From: an uncultured Gemmatimonadales bacterium
GTDB lineage: Bacteria > Gemmatimonadota > Gemmatimonadetes > Gemmatimonadales > Gemmatimonadaceae
Direction: 5' to 3'
Assembly (NCBI GenBank): GCA_963850905.1
Contig: CAWKMU010000003.1
Coordinates: 3,168,001-3,232,000 of the forward strand
Length of the DNA stretch: 64,000 nucleotides
The notes below the pieces were generated by a model, which searched no databases, was not told the DNA's origin, and saw nothing but the letters and a program-made list of their open reading frames with translations. The position numbers and the translations under genes were made by a program. How positions within the stretch are numbered: position 1 is the stretch's first letter; each line of letters starts with the position of its first letter. This document shows, in pieces, positions 20,695 through 31,957 of this stretch.

Positions 20695-20791
20695 GGGCGA
20701 CGCCATGCGTCGCCCGTCCGTGTGCGGTCACGACGGGCGCGGACAACCACGAACCGTCATCCACCGGGTAGGGGCGACGCATGCGTCGCCC
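20691..20791 (+). repeat. Pair of GTAG-type REPs (20691-20715 and 20768-20791)
   Basis: GTAGGGGCGACGC(C)ATGCGTCGCCC twice in direct orientation. Confidence 0.8.
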
Positions 20792-20921
20792 TCCTGACCG
20801 CATCACGATCGTTGCGGACGAACGGGGCCTGTGTGTTATGCGTATTTCGGTGCCGCAGTTTCCCTTTCGCCTTTTACCTTTCTACCTTACTCGTCTCGTT
20901 CGCCGCGTGAGCGGCGGCATC

Positions 20922-20994
20922 GCGCCCGTAGCTCAATTGGTAGAGCAAGGTCCTCTTAAGTCCGAGGTTGACGGTTCGAGTCCGTCCGGGCGCA
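20922..20994 (+). tRNA. tRNA-Lys (anticodon CTT) with imperfect anticodon stem
   Basis: GCGCCCG/CGGGCGC + discriminator A; loop CTCTTAA; T-arm GACGG-TTCGAGT-CCGTC; anticodon stem AGGTC/GTCCG has 2 mismatches. Confidence 0.8.
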
Positions 20995-20995
20995 T

Positions 20996-21112
20996 AACTG
21001 CGGGGTGTGGGGTTTGGGATCTAAGGACTTACCGAAAGGCCGGCGGCGGTAAACGCGCAGCCGGCCTCGAGTGTTAGCTCCCCAGACCCCAGAGCCCTAA
21101 CCCCTCGTAGTT
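20996..21112. repeat. Heptamer-arm hairpin element (GGGGTTT/AGACCCC type) with central GC hairpin
   Basis: ggggtgt ggggttt gggatct ... aggccggc/gccggcct ... cccagac cccagag ccctaac ccct. Confidence 0.6.
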
Positions 21113-21116
21113 CAGC

Positions 21117-21371
21117 TTGCGTCGCTCAATCGACCCCGCTACACTACGGGTCCTTCGGCGCCGTCCTTGGGGCGGTGCTTCGAGCGGGAGGCGGGTCTGC
21201 GGCCCTTCGGGGCCGTTGTCGTCTCCGCGATGCTCGGTGGCGGCGGAGGTCAAGCCGCAGGAGTTGGATGTTTCGGGATCAGGCAGGTTGACTTGCTCGC
21301 AATCCCGAACTACATTGGAAGGCTGCCGCGGAATGCGGCTCCGATTGATAACGTTGAGTGCTATTTGACAA
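21117..21371 (+). promoter_or_regulatory. Tandem rrn promoters P1/P2 and boxA-like element
   Basis: TTGCGT-17-TACACT (21117-21145); TTGACT-17-TACATT (21288-21316); TGCTATTTGACAA (21359-21371), similar to GCTGTTTGACAA in the ITS. Confidence 0.75.
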
Positions 21372-21536
21372 CTGAGGTTGAGATCGCAGACGTGCGGGCG
21401 GACTCATTGATCCAGCATCCCTGTCGGGGTGTTGGGGAGAGTTTGACCGACAATCAACTGTGATTCTAGACGCACCGTCGAGCTTGCTTCGGCAGACTTG
21501 GCGGAACGCGTTCTGAAGAGCTATTTCGAACTTTTC

Positions 21537-23071
<1,535 letters not shown>

Positions 23072-25338
23072 CCGGAGTGACGAGTAAGCCATGCGCGAGC
23101 TTCGGCTCAAGCGTGGCGGAAAGTCCTCGGAAGTCGCCCGCACGCACGTCTGGATCTCAATCTCGGTTGGCAAATGGCGCACACGCGCTGTTTGACAACG
23201 GATAGCAGTAGTGATCGTGGGATAACGAATCGACACGAGAAATGGCAATGGAGCCGGCTGGCGTTGAGGCGCTCGCAAGAGCAACTCGGCGACGGCAGCT
23301 GCACGAGCCGTTTCACTTGTTATGTGCACATGTATGGGCAACCATGCATGTGTGCTGTAGATCGCGCGTGCTCTGCTTGACACATTGCCAATTTGTGGTC
23401 AAGCGAGCGAAAGCATGTGGGGGATGCCTGGGCACACGAAGGCGATGAAGGCCGTGGCAAGCTGCGATAAGCCAAGGGGAGCGGCACACACGCTATGATC
23501 CTTGGATGGCCGAATGGGGAAACCCGGCGGTGCGCAAGCACCGTCATCTCGTCGCAAGACGAGAAGCGAACCTGGGGAACTGAAACATCTCAGTACCTAG
23601 AGGAAGAGAAATCAACCGAGATTCCCGAAGTAGCGGCGAGCGAACCGGGAACAGCCCAAACCGTGGAGCCTTCGGGCGCCGCGGGGTTGTAGGACCCACG
23701 GACGCGATGAGCGGAGGTAGCTGAAGTCGCCTGGAAAGGCGCGCCAGAGACGGTGAGAGCCCGGTACGCGAAACCAGTCGCTTGTCGTAGTGGAGTTCCT
23801 GAGTAACGCCCGACACGAGAAACCGGGCGTGAAGCTGGGGGGACCACCCTCCAAGGCTAAAGACTCTCGTGTGACCGATAGTGAACGAGTACCGTGAGGG
23901 ACAGGTGAAAAGCACCCCTGGGCGGGGAGTGAAATAGTTCCTGAAACCACATGCTTACAAGCGGTAGGAGGGTGACGCGCGTCTTCGGATGCGTGGGCGC
24001 CTAACTGCGTGCCTTTTGCATTATGATCCGGCGAGTTACTGCTCGGGAGCAAGGCTAAGCCGCTCGGCGGCGGAGCCATAGCGAAAGCGAGTCCTGTAAC
24101 GAGGGCGACTGAAGTTCCCGGGCGTAGACCCGAAGCCAGGGCGATCTACCCATGAGCAGGGTGAAGCTCGGGTAACACCGAGTGGAGGCCCGAACCGTTG
24201 TGGGTTGAAAACCGCTCGGATGACTTGTGGGTAGGGGTGAAAGGCCAATCAAGCCTGGAGATAGCTGGTTCTCCCCGAAATCTATTGAGGTAGAGCCTCG
24301 AGGCGTGTTCACAGGAGGTAGAGCGACTGGATGGGCGCAGGCTGCAGAGCGCAGTACTAACCCCAACCAAACTCCGAATGCCTGTTGAATGGACCTCGGG
24401 AGGCAGTCGACGAGCGATAATGTCCGTCGGCGAGAGGGAAAGAACCCAGAACCACAGCTAAGGTCCCGAAGTGGCCGCTGAGTATAGCGAAGGATGTGTA
24501 CGTGCCGCGACAACTGGGAGGTTGGCTTAGAAGCAGCCATCCTTTAAAGAGTGCGTAATAGCTCACCAGTCCAGCGTGTATGCGCCGAGAATGGTCGGGA
24601 TTAAGCGGCCCGCCGAAGCTTGGTCTTGTTGCTTTTGCAACAGGGGTAGGGGAGCGTTCCCCGTGCTGTGAAGCCCCGGTGGAAACCATGGGGTGGAGCG
24701 AGGGGAAGTGAGGATGCCGGAATGAGTACGCGCAAACGCGGGTGAAAACCCCGCGCACCGTAAGCCCAAGGATTCCTGCGCCATGGCAATCAGCGCAGGG
24801 TGAGGCGGACCCTAAGGCGAGGCCCCAGAGGCGTAGCCGATGGACAGCCGGTTAAAATTCCGGCCCCGCCGTCCGGGCGTTATCACCCATCAGGGGACAC
24901 GGGAACGAAGCGGCAGCGGCCACGTGGAGGGCCGTCTAACCCAGTAGGCGCAAGCCGAGAGGGGAATGCGAGGGGAGGGGGCAACTCCGAACCGAGTGCC
25001 GTAGAGTCGACCGGCAAGAAAAGCCTGACTGGGGAGTCCGTACGACGTCCGTACCGTAAACCGACACAGGTGGGCGAGGCGAGCAGCCTCAGGTGAACGA
25101 GTGAAACGTGGTCAAGGAACTCGGCATAATGATCCCGTAACTTCGGAAGAAGGGATGCCGCTCTTGGTTGCAGGGTTTTCCCCTGTCGCTAGGATCGGCC
25201 GCAGCGAATCGGCCCAAGCGACTGTTTAGCAAAAACACAGGTGTGTGCCAAGCCGCACAAGGCGCCGTATACACACTGACGCCTGCCCGGTGCCGGAAGG
25301 TTAAGGGGAGAGGTTAGCCGCAAGGCGAAGCTTTGAGC

Positions 25339-25375
<37 letters not shown>

Positions 25376-26067
25376 TAACCCCGCGTGCTACCGCGGATGG
25401 CCGTTACAAAATCTGGCTATATGCTGGAACAGCTGTTGGATGTCACGGTACCGAGGTTTCCAACGTACTCGGTGATAATCCGATGACTGCAGCCAATCAG
25501 CAGGAAAGACTGTCGATCACAGACCAGGAAAAGTGGTTCCTCGCTGGCTTCATCGAAGGTGAGGGCTCGGTCTGCGTCTCCATGAAGAGCTTACCAACAC
25601 ATCGATTCGGCTTCTACGTACACCCCGAGTTTTTTCTGTATCAGTACCGGGGGTATCCGCAGATGCTCGAGTTGGCCCGCGCAATGTTTGGCTCGGGTAG
25701 CATTTTTCCGAAACCAGGAAATGAGCGAGTGTTGGTCTACGCGATCCGAAGCCGAAGAGTCATCGCCGAAAAGGTGATTCCCTTCGTTCGGGAGTACATG
25801 GTCTTCGCGCCACGCAGAGCTGTCTACGAGCGGTTTTGCGAGATCGTCGAAGCAATGGAACGCAACGAACACCACTCGAGAGATGGAATGGTGCGTATCG
25901 TCGAAATGGCGTACACGCTCAATCCGACCTCGAAAGGCAAGGAGCGGAAACGAACCTTGCGGGAAGTGATTGACAGAATCCTCAGAGACTACACGCCAGA
26001 CTCCGGTGCGAGTCATCCGGAGATGATATAGTCCGTTCTGCATGGCGACATGCAGCTAACACACAAG
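25376..26067 (+). mobile_element. Group I intron at 23S position L1923 (E. coli numbering), 692 nt, HEG-containing
   Basis: Interrupts TAACTATAACGGT|CCTAAGGTAGCGA; IGS GCCGTTA 25400-25406; P3 TCTGGC/GCCAGA; P ATGCTGGAA, Q AATCAGCAGG, R TCAGAGACTACA, S ATGATATAGTCC; P9 with GCGA tetraloop; terminal G at 26067. Confidence 0.96.
25483..26031 (+). CDS. Single-motif LAGLIDADG homing endonuclease, I-CeuI-like
   Basis: KWFLAGFIEGEGSVCVSMK...FGFYVHPEF...EKVIPF; resembles I-CeuI as recalled (FLAGFLEGEAS, FGLVVDPEF, EKVIPF); lower GC than host genes. Confidence 0.93.
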   Translation: MTAANQQERLSITDQEKWFLAGFIEGEGSVCVSMKSLPTHRFGFYVHPEFFLYQYRGYPQMLELARAMFGSGSIFPKPGNERVLVYAIRSRRVIAEKVIPFVREYMVFAPRRAVYERFCEIVEAMERNEHHSRDGMVRIVEMAYTLNPTSKGKERKRTLREVIDRILRDYTPDSGASHPEMI

Positions 26068-26122
<55 letters not shown>

Positions 26123-26375
26123 CGACTTGGGCACTGTCTCGACCACGTGCTCGGCGAAATTGCAGTCTCGGTGAGGATTCCGAGTCCCCGCAGCAGGACA
26201 AAAAGACCCCATGCACCTTTACTGTATCCTGTCATTGAGCATTGCCCCGAACTGTGTAGCATAGGTGGGAGCCGTTGAGGCCCAGGCGCTAGCTTGGGCG
26301 GAGGCAACAGTGAAATACCACCCTGTTCGTGTGATGCTCTCACGAAGGCGAGGCAAACCCTCCCTCGGACCGTGG

Positions 26376-26408
<33 letters not shown>

Positions 26409-26659
26409 GAAAGTGTAACGGAGGCGCGCGCATGGTTCCCTCAGCGCGGTCGGTACTCGCGCCTATAGAGTGTAACGGCAGAAGGGAGCCTGACGGTGAG
26501 AGCGACAGCTCGAACCGGGTCGAAAGACGGCCGTAGTGATCCGGTAGCCCGGTGTGGATCGGCTATCGCGCAACGGATAAAAGGTACGCTGGGGATAACA
26601 GGCTTATCGCGCCCGAGAGTTCACATCGACGGCGCGGTTTGGCACCTCGATGTCGGCTT

Positions 26660-26693
<34 letters not shown>

Positions 26694-26740
26694 CCGGCTG
26701 TTCGCCGGTTAAAGTGGTACATGAGCTGGGTTCAGAACGT

Positions 26741-27052
26741 AGACAACACTGCGTTGCCAGGAAGTAATTCCTGGAATAACTCAACTGGCTCATATCGGTG
26801 AAGCCCTCCTGGAGCGTCGAACGGCTCCAAAGGGTAATACCGAGGGAAGGCTGGTAATTGTGGACCCTACGATCCTTGCAGAAGCGATCGTAGAGTCAGG
26901 CGAAATACGCACAACATTACCTTGCCCCCGTAGAGACTGATCTGATACGGAGAGAGTCGTCGGTGATGCCGACGGCTAATACGCCAGTCTCCTTCGTTGC
27001 AAGCGAAGGATGAAGGTATAGTCCATGCCACCAGAAATGGTGGAAGAACATG
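26741..27052 (+). mobile_element. ORF-less group I intron (IA-type) at 23S position L2593, 312 nt
   Basis: Interrupts CAGAACGT|CGTGAGACAG; IGS GCGTT 26751; P2 with GTAA loop; P3 ACTGGC/GCCAGT; P ATATCGGTGAA, Q AATACCGAG, R CGTAGAGACTGA, S AAGGTATAGTCC; P7.1/P7.2 hairpins; P9 with GAAA loop; terminal G at 27052. Confidence 0.95.
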
Positions 27053-27480
27053 CGTGAGACAGTTCGGTCTGTATCCGCTGTGGGCGTTGGAAGATTGCGG
27101 GGCGTGGACCCTAGTACGAGAGGACCGGGTCGAACTGCCCGCTCGTGTCCCGGCTGTGGCGCCAGCTGCAACGCCGGGTAGCGATGGCAGGCGGAGATAA
27201 CCGCTGAATGCATCTAAGTGGGAAGCTCCCCCCAAGATGAATCTTCCCTGGAGCCTTGAGCTCCCTGAAGGGCCGTGAGAGACTATCACGTCGATAGGCC
27301 GCATGTGGAACGTCCGCAAGGACCTCCGAGCAAAGCGGTCCTAATCGCCCGTGAGGCTTGACTACTTCCGTAGGGATGACGCGTGCGTTGTCCCTGTAAT
27401 TGAATCCAAGCAGAGCACTGCGATCTACAAAAGATTCCGCATCACACGATCACTGCTGTTGCCCGAATGTCTCCATATAT

Positions 27481-27598
27481 CGCTGGCGACTAGAGCGTAG
27501 GGGCCACACTCGTTCCCATTCCGAACACGATCGTTAAGCCCTACAGCGCCAATGGTACTCCGCTCGAGAGAGCGCGGGAGAGTAGGCCGTCGCCGGCA
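27481..27598 (+). rRNA. rrf: 5S rRNA
   Basis: GCTGGCGAC...CCCATTCCGAACAC...GTTAAGC...GGGAGAGTAGGCCGTCGCCGGC. Confidence 0.97.
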
Positions 27599-27605
27599 CT
27601 CCTTT

Positions 27606-27657
27606 GACAACACCCCTGTGGGCCTCGCCCACAGGGGTGTTGTCGTTTCCCCTTTCT
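27606..27657 (+). terminator. rrn terminator hairpin
   Basis: GACAACACCCCTGTGGGC-ctc-GCCCACAGGGGTGTTGTC followed by a pyrimidine tract. Confidence 0.8.
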
Positions 27658-27715
27658 CCTTTCTGCTCCGCTCCTCTCTCGGCGCGCAGCGCCCGCGGGG
27701 TGTTGTCGTTTTCGC

Positions 27716-27739
27716 GGGCGACGCATGCGTCCACCCTAC
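27716..27739 (-). repeat. GTAG-type REP (minus strand)
   Basis: Reverse complement GTAGGGTGGACGCATGCGTCGCCC. Confidence 0.7.
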
Positions 27740-27825
27740 CCGCCGCAGGGTATGTTTGTCGTCGTCTCCCGTCTCCTTTCTGCAGGTCTCCTTTCCCGGG
27801 CGCGCAGCGCCTGCGGGAGTCCAGT

Positions 27826-29253
27826 ATGACAACTCGGCATATCGAGGTTGATCGCCACACCAGCAACGCTCGGCGAGCCCAAAACCGTACAGCCCGCCCC
27901 CTCTGGATCTGCGCGCTCAACCTGTCGATGTGCGCAACACTGGCAACGCTCGTGCAGGCCCAAGCCGCCACCGCGAGCCGCGATGCTCGCGCAACACCCA
28001 ACCGGAGCAGCACCATGCCAGAGTTGCAGACCAGCGATGCGCCGCTCAAAACCCCCGCGGCACGCACCGCACCGGAAGACACCTCCATCCGGCCGTTCAC
28101 CTATCACGCGACCGATGAGGCCCTCGCGGACCTGCGCCGCCGGATCGCCGCGACAAGGTGGCCGTCGCCGGAACTGGTGAAGGATGCCTCGCAAGGCGTC
28201 CAACTCGCGACAATGCAAGAGCTCGCGCGCTACTGGGAATCAGAGTACGACTGGCGCAAGGTCGAAGCGCGGCTGGCCGCACTGCCCCAATTCGTGACGA
28301 CGATCGACGGAGTGGACATTCATTTCATCCACGTTCGTTCGAAGCTTCCCAATGCGCTGCCGGTCATTATCACGCACGGGTGGCCCGGCTCGATCATCGA
28401 GCAGCTAAAAGTCATCGATCCATTGACCAACCCAACGGCCCATGGCGGGAAGGCAACGGACGCGTTCGACGTCGTCATCCCGTCGCTGCCGGGCCACGGG
28501 TTCTCAGGGAAACCCACCGCTCTCGGCTGGGATCCGATCCGGATCGCACGCGCCTGGATCGTGCTCATGCAGCGCCTCGGCTACACGCGATACGTGGCCC
28601 AAGGCGGCGACTGGGGGAACGCGGTCACGGAGCAGCTGGCCCTGCTCAAACCGCCGGGACTGATCGGCATTCACACCAACATGCCCGCGACGATCCCCGC
28701 CAACATCGCCACGGCGCTCGCGGCCGGCGGCCCGCCACCGTCCGGCCTCTCGGCCGACGAGAAGTCTGCCTACGATCAACTCGACTTTTTCTACAAGCAC
28801 GGCGTCGGCTACGCCGGCGAGATGGGGAACCGTCCCCAGACGCTGTACGCCCTCGAGGATTCACCGATCGGTCTCGCCGCCTGGATGCTCGACCACGATG
28901 CGCGCAGTTACGCGCTCATCGCACGCGTCTTTGCCGGAGGGACCGAGGGCCTCACGCGAGACGACATCCTCGACAACATCACGCTCTACTGGCTGACCAA
29001 AACGGGGGTTTCGTCGGCGCGTCTCTACTGGGAGAGCAAGCTGCCGTTTTTCGCCCCGAAAGGCGTCGCCATACCCGTCGCCGTGAGCGCGTATCCCGAC
29101 GAGATCTACACGGCCCCAAAGAGTTGGACGGAAAAAGCCTACCCCAAGCTCATTTATTACAACCGACTCCCCAAGGGCGGTCACTTCGCGGCGTGGGAGC
29201 AGCCGCAAGAGTTCTCGGAAGAACTGCGCGCGAGCTTCCAGTCGCTGCGCTGA
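27826..29253 (+). CDS. Epoxide hydrolase (EHN + alpha/beta fold); start 27826 (signal-like) or 28015
   Basis: IRPF, YDWRKVEARL, HGWPGS, PSLPGHGFS, AQGGDWG, GGHFAAWEQP. Confidence 0.93.
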   Translation: MTTRHIEVDRHTSNARRAQNRTARPLWICALNLSMCATLATLVQAQAATASRDARATPNRSSTMPELQTSDAPLKTPAARTAPEDTSIRPFTYHATDEALADLRRRIAATRWPSPELVKDASQGVQLATMQELARYWESEYDWRKVEARLAALPQFVTTIDGVDIHFIHVRSKLPNALPVIITHGWPGSIIEQLKVIDPLTNPTAHGGKATDAFDVVIPSLPGHGFSGKPTALGWDPIRIARAWIVLMQRLGYTRYVAQGGDWGNAVTEQLALLKPPGLIGIHTNMPATIPANIATALAAGGPPPSGLSADEKSAYDQLDFFYKHGVGYAGEMGNRPQTLYALEDSPIGLAAWMLDHDARSYALIARVFAGGTEGLTRDDILDNITLYWLTKTGVSSARLYWESKLPFFAPKGVAIPVAVSAYPDEIYTAPKSWTEKAYPKLIYYNRLPKGGHFAAWEQPQEFSEELRASFQSLR

Positions 29254-29329
29254 CGCCGAAGCGGCGCGTACAACGCGCCAGCTGGGCGCCGCCCGTCACT
29301 CCGTCGTGCGTGACAGGCGCCGCCGGCAA

Positions 29330-29396
29330 ACGGAACACCCCTGTAGGCCGAGCCAGGCCCGCAGGGGTGTCGTCGTTTGTTGCCCAGCACAACCCG
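29330..29396. repeat. Hairpin repeat related to the rrn terminator (copy C)
   Basis: CGGAACACCCCTGTAGGCCGAGCCAGGCCCGCAGGGGTGTCGTCGT...AGCACAACCC; close to 31958-32023. Confidence 0.7.
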
Positions 29397-29456
29397 TCAC
29401 CCGCGCAGATATCGCAGCACGCGTGCCAACCGCCGGTCGTGCGCGCGAGAAATCGC

Positions 29457-29474
29457 GTAGGCCGTCGCCGGCAC
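29457..29474 (+). repeat. Exact 18-bp direct repeat of the 5S rRNA 3' end
   Basis: GTAGGCCGTCGCCGGCAC, identical to 27582-27599. Confidence 0.85.
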
Positions 29475-29495
29475 CAGTCTCCCTGCCCCCTCTCA

Positions 29496-31901
29496 TCACG
29501 GTAGCCCAATCTTTCGCGCCAGCACCGCAAAACGGGGATCGGAATGCAAAGAGTCGAGTTGGTAATCGGTTTTGAGCCCGACCATGAGCCAGAACCTCGC
29601 CTTATACGCACTGTCGAGCCACCGGAATGCCTCGTCCCGTTCCCCGAGCTCCGCGGCCGTGATCGCGACGAAGTAGGGCGGCGTCAGACCCTGTCGCCCC
29701 CGTTCCCGCTGAAGTGTGAGCGCGGTCCTGAGCGCCGCCCGCTCGCCCCCAATCCGATACGCGCGCTGCATCGCCACGCCGTCGGTGAGCCCGCCCCGCC
29801 CAGTCAGGGTGAGACTGTCCAACTTCACGTACTCTGCGATCGCCTCTGGGTACATGCGCTTCGCCCAGTACGCCTCCGCCAGAAACGCGCGCGCGATGGC
29901 GAACCCAGGATATTCGGCCAGGATCGTCCGCAGCCGTGCCACACTCTCGTCGAGTCGGCGCGCTCGGATCAGGATGTCTGCGCCCGATGCGCTGATGATC
30001 GGTGACAGCGGGTCCAGCGATCGCGCACGCTCATTTTCGGCGATCGCCTCCGCCTCTCGACCACCCAGCAACGCCAGACACTCGGCGTACCACTGATGTG
30101 CGGTCGCGTCGCTCTCGTCCAAGGCAAACGCGCGCTTGAACTCCGCCTCCCCAGCGGCGAAATCCCAGTGAGACTCCATCTCGTTGACGCCGAGCACGGC
30201 GTGAGGGTGCGCGAGCGCCGGGTCCAGCTCGAGCGCCTTCCTGGCCGCCGCATCGGCCTTGGGAATATCGTCGCTCGATGTGTCGAAGTATTGCGGCAAG
30301 ACCACGTACGCATCCGCCAGCCCCGAGTACGCCTCTGCATACCCCGGGTCCCTGCCAATGGCCTGCTCGAAGTAGGCGATCGCCGAACGAATGTCGGGGA
30401 GCGTGCGCTTGTTCCACGCGTACCGCCCACGCAGGTACAGCTCGTACGCCTCAGGATCGTGTGTACCCTGTCGCGTCACCTGTTGCTTCGCTGAATCGGT
30501 CAACGACCCGCGGAGCGCAGCAGCAAGGTCGCCGGCGATCCGCTGCTCGATCGTGATAATGTCGGCACTCTTGCCGCCGTATCGCTGCCCCCAAAGCTCG
30601 GTGTTGTCCCGTACCTCGACCAACTCGGCACTCACCTCGACGCTATCGCCCCGTGGCACGACGCGCCCGGTCACCAGCGCCGGCACCCCGAGCGCGGTAC
30701 CGGCCGTCTCGACGTCGACGTCTTTTCCCTTGTAGTGAAACACCGAGCTCCGCGACTTCACGCGGAGCCCGGGCACGTGCGTCAGACTTGCGATCAACGA
30801 CTCCGTGATGCCGTCGCTCAAGTACTCCGTGTTGGCATCGCCATCGCCATTCGCAAACGGCATCACCGCGAGGGACGCCACCTTCGCCCCGGGTGTTCCG
30901 TTCCGCGCACGCCAGGCAAAAAGCGCCCCGATCCCCAGAAGAAAACCAAGCCCAAGAAACGCGACGCCGGGCCGCATTCGCCTCGATCCACTCGGCGACC
31001 GGCCTGAGGGCGCCACCAATGCAACCCCCTTGCTCACCCCAGTCCCGGCACGCACGCTCGCCTCCAGCGCGTTCGCCAGTTGCGTCGCGCTGGCGAAGCG
31101 ATCCGCGGGCACTGGCGCGAGTGCCCGCCGAATTCCGACATCGACGCCTTCAGGCACCGCGGGCCGGCTCCGTCGCACCGACGGCGTCTCACCCGACAAC
31201 ACTTTCGCCAGGATCACTTGCGCCGTCGGACCGGTGAAGGGGGGCTCCCCGACCAGCATCTCGTAGCACACCGCGCCCAACGAGTAGATGTCGGAGCGTG
31301 CGTCGACCGTTCGATCTCCGGCCGCCTGCTCAGGACTCATATACGCCGGCGTCCCCACGGACATCCCCGTCGCCGTCAAGGTCTCGCGGCCCGACGGCGA
31401 GGCAAGCGTCCGCGCAATGCCAAAATCGGCAACCAGCGCCTGCCGGTCGCGCGTCAGCAGAATGTTCTCCGGCTTGATGTCCCGGTGAACCACGCCGTTC
31501 CCGTGCGCGTAGTCGAGCGCCAACGCCACTTCGCGGGTGATGCCGACGGCATCCTCCACAGGCAACTGGCGCTCGCGCTCGAGTCTCGCGCGCAAGCTCT
31601 CCCCGTCCACATACGGCATCGTGAACCAGAGAAGTCCGTCTGACGTCTCCCCAGAGTCGAGCACCGTCAGGATGTGCGGGTGCTGCAGCTTCGCAGAGGT
31701 CGCGATCTCCCGACGAAATCGCTCGGCGCCCAGGGACTCGGCGAGCTCGGCGCTCAGCACCTTGAGCGCAACAGCCCGTCCGTGTTTGAGGTCCTCCGCC
31801 AGAAAGACCGTGGCCATCCCGCCACGACCGATCTCGCGGCGAATCTCGTATTGTGATCCCAGCGTCTGCCGCAGCCGGTCCGCGATCTCAGCCGACGTCA
31901 C
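29496..31901 (-). CDS. Hanks-type Ser/Thr kinase + TM + TolB-like + TPR domains
   Basis: IGRGGMATV, VALK, HRDIKPEN, ADFG, GTPAYMSPEQ; SLAVMPF...YLSDGITE; TPR-like C-terminus. Confidence 0.93.
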   Translation of the reverse strand: MTSAEIADRLRQTLGSQYEIRREIGRGGMATVFLAEDLKHGRAVALKVLSAELAESLGAERFRREIATSAKLQHPHILTVLDSGETSDGLLWFTMPYVDGESLRARLERERQLPVEDAVGITREVALALDYAHGNGVVHRDIKPENILLTRDRQALVADFGIARTLASPSGRETLTATGMSVGTPAYMSPEQAAGDRTVDARSDIYSLGAVCYEMLVGEPPFTGPTAQVILAKVLSGETPSVRRSRPAVPEGVDVGIRRALAPVPADRFASATQLANALEASVRAGTGVSKGVALVAPSGRSPSGSRRMRPGVAFLGLGFLLGIGALFAWRARNGTPGAKVASLAVMPFANGDGDANTEYLSDGITESLIASLTHVPGLRVKSRSSVFHYKGKDVDVETAGTALGVPALVTGRVVPRGDSVEVSAELVEVRDNTELWGQRYGGKSADIITIEQRIAGDLAAALRGSLTDSAKQQVTRQGTHDPEAYELYLRGRYAWNKRTLPDIRSAIAYFEQAIGRDPGYAEAYSGLADAYVVLPQYFDTSSDDIPKADAAARKALELDPALAHPHAVLGVNEMESHWDFAAGEAEFKRAFALDESDATAHQWYAECLALLGGREAEAIAENERARSLDPLSPIISASGADILIRARRLDESVARLRTILAEYPGFAIARAFLAEAYWAKRMYPEAIAEYVKLDSLTLTGRGGLTDGVAMQRAYRIGGERAALRTALTLQRERGRQGLTPPYFVAITAAELGERDEAFRWLDSAYKARFWLMVGLKTDYQLDSLHSDPRFAVLARKIGLP

Positions 31902-31957
31902 TCATGCTCTGGCGTTGTAGTCAGGGTGCAAGTTACAGGATGACGGCCACACCGTCG

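Noticed and set aside
20691..20791. Mini CRISPR array
   Set aside because: Only two units, and the repeat is the dispersed GTAG REP; no cas genes
9110..20994. tRNA-anchored genomic islands or prophage
   Set aside because: No integrase, phage genes or duplicated tRNA 3' ends seen
27604..27825. N-terminal extension of the epoxide hydrolase from TTG 27604
   Set aside because: It runs through the rrn terminator and a REP; SD-preceded starts exist at 27826 and 28015
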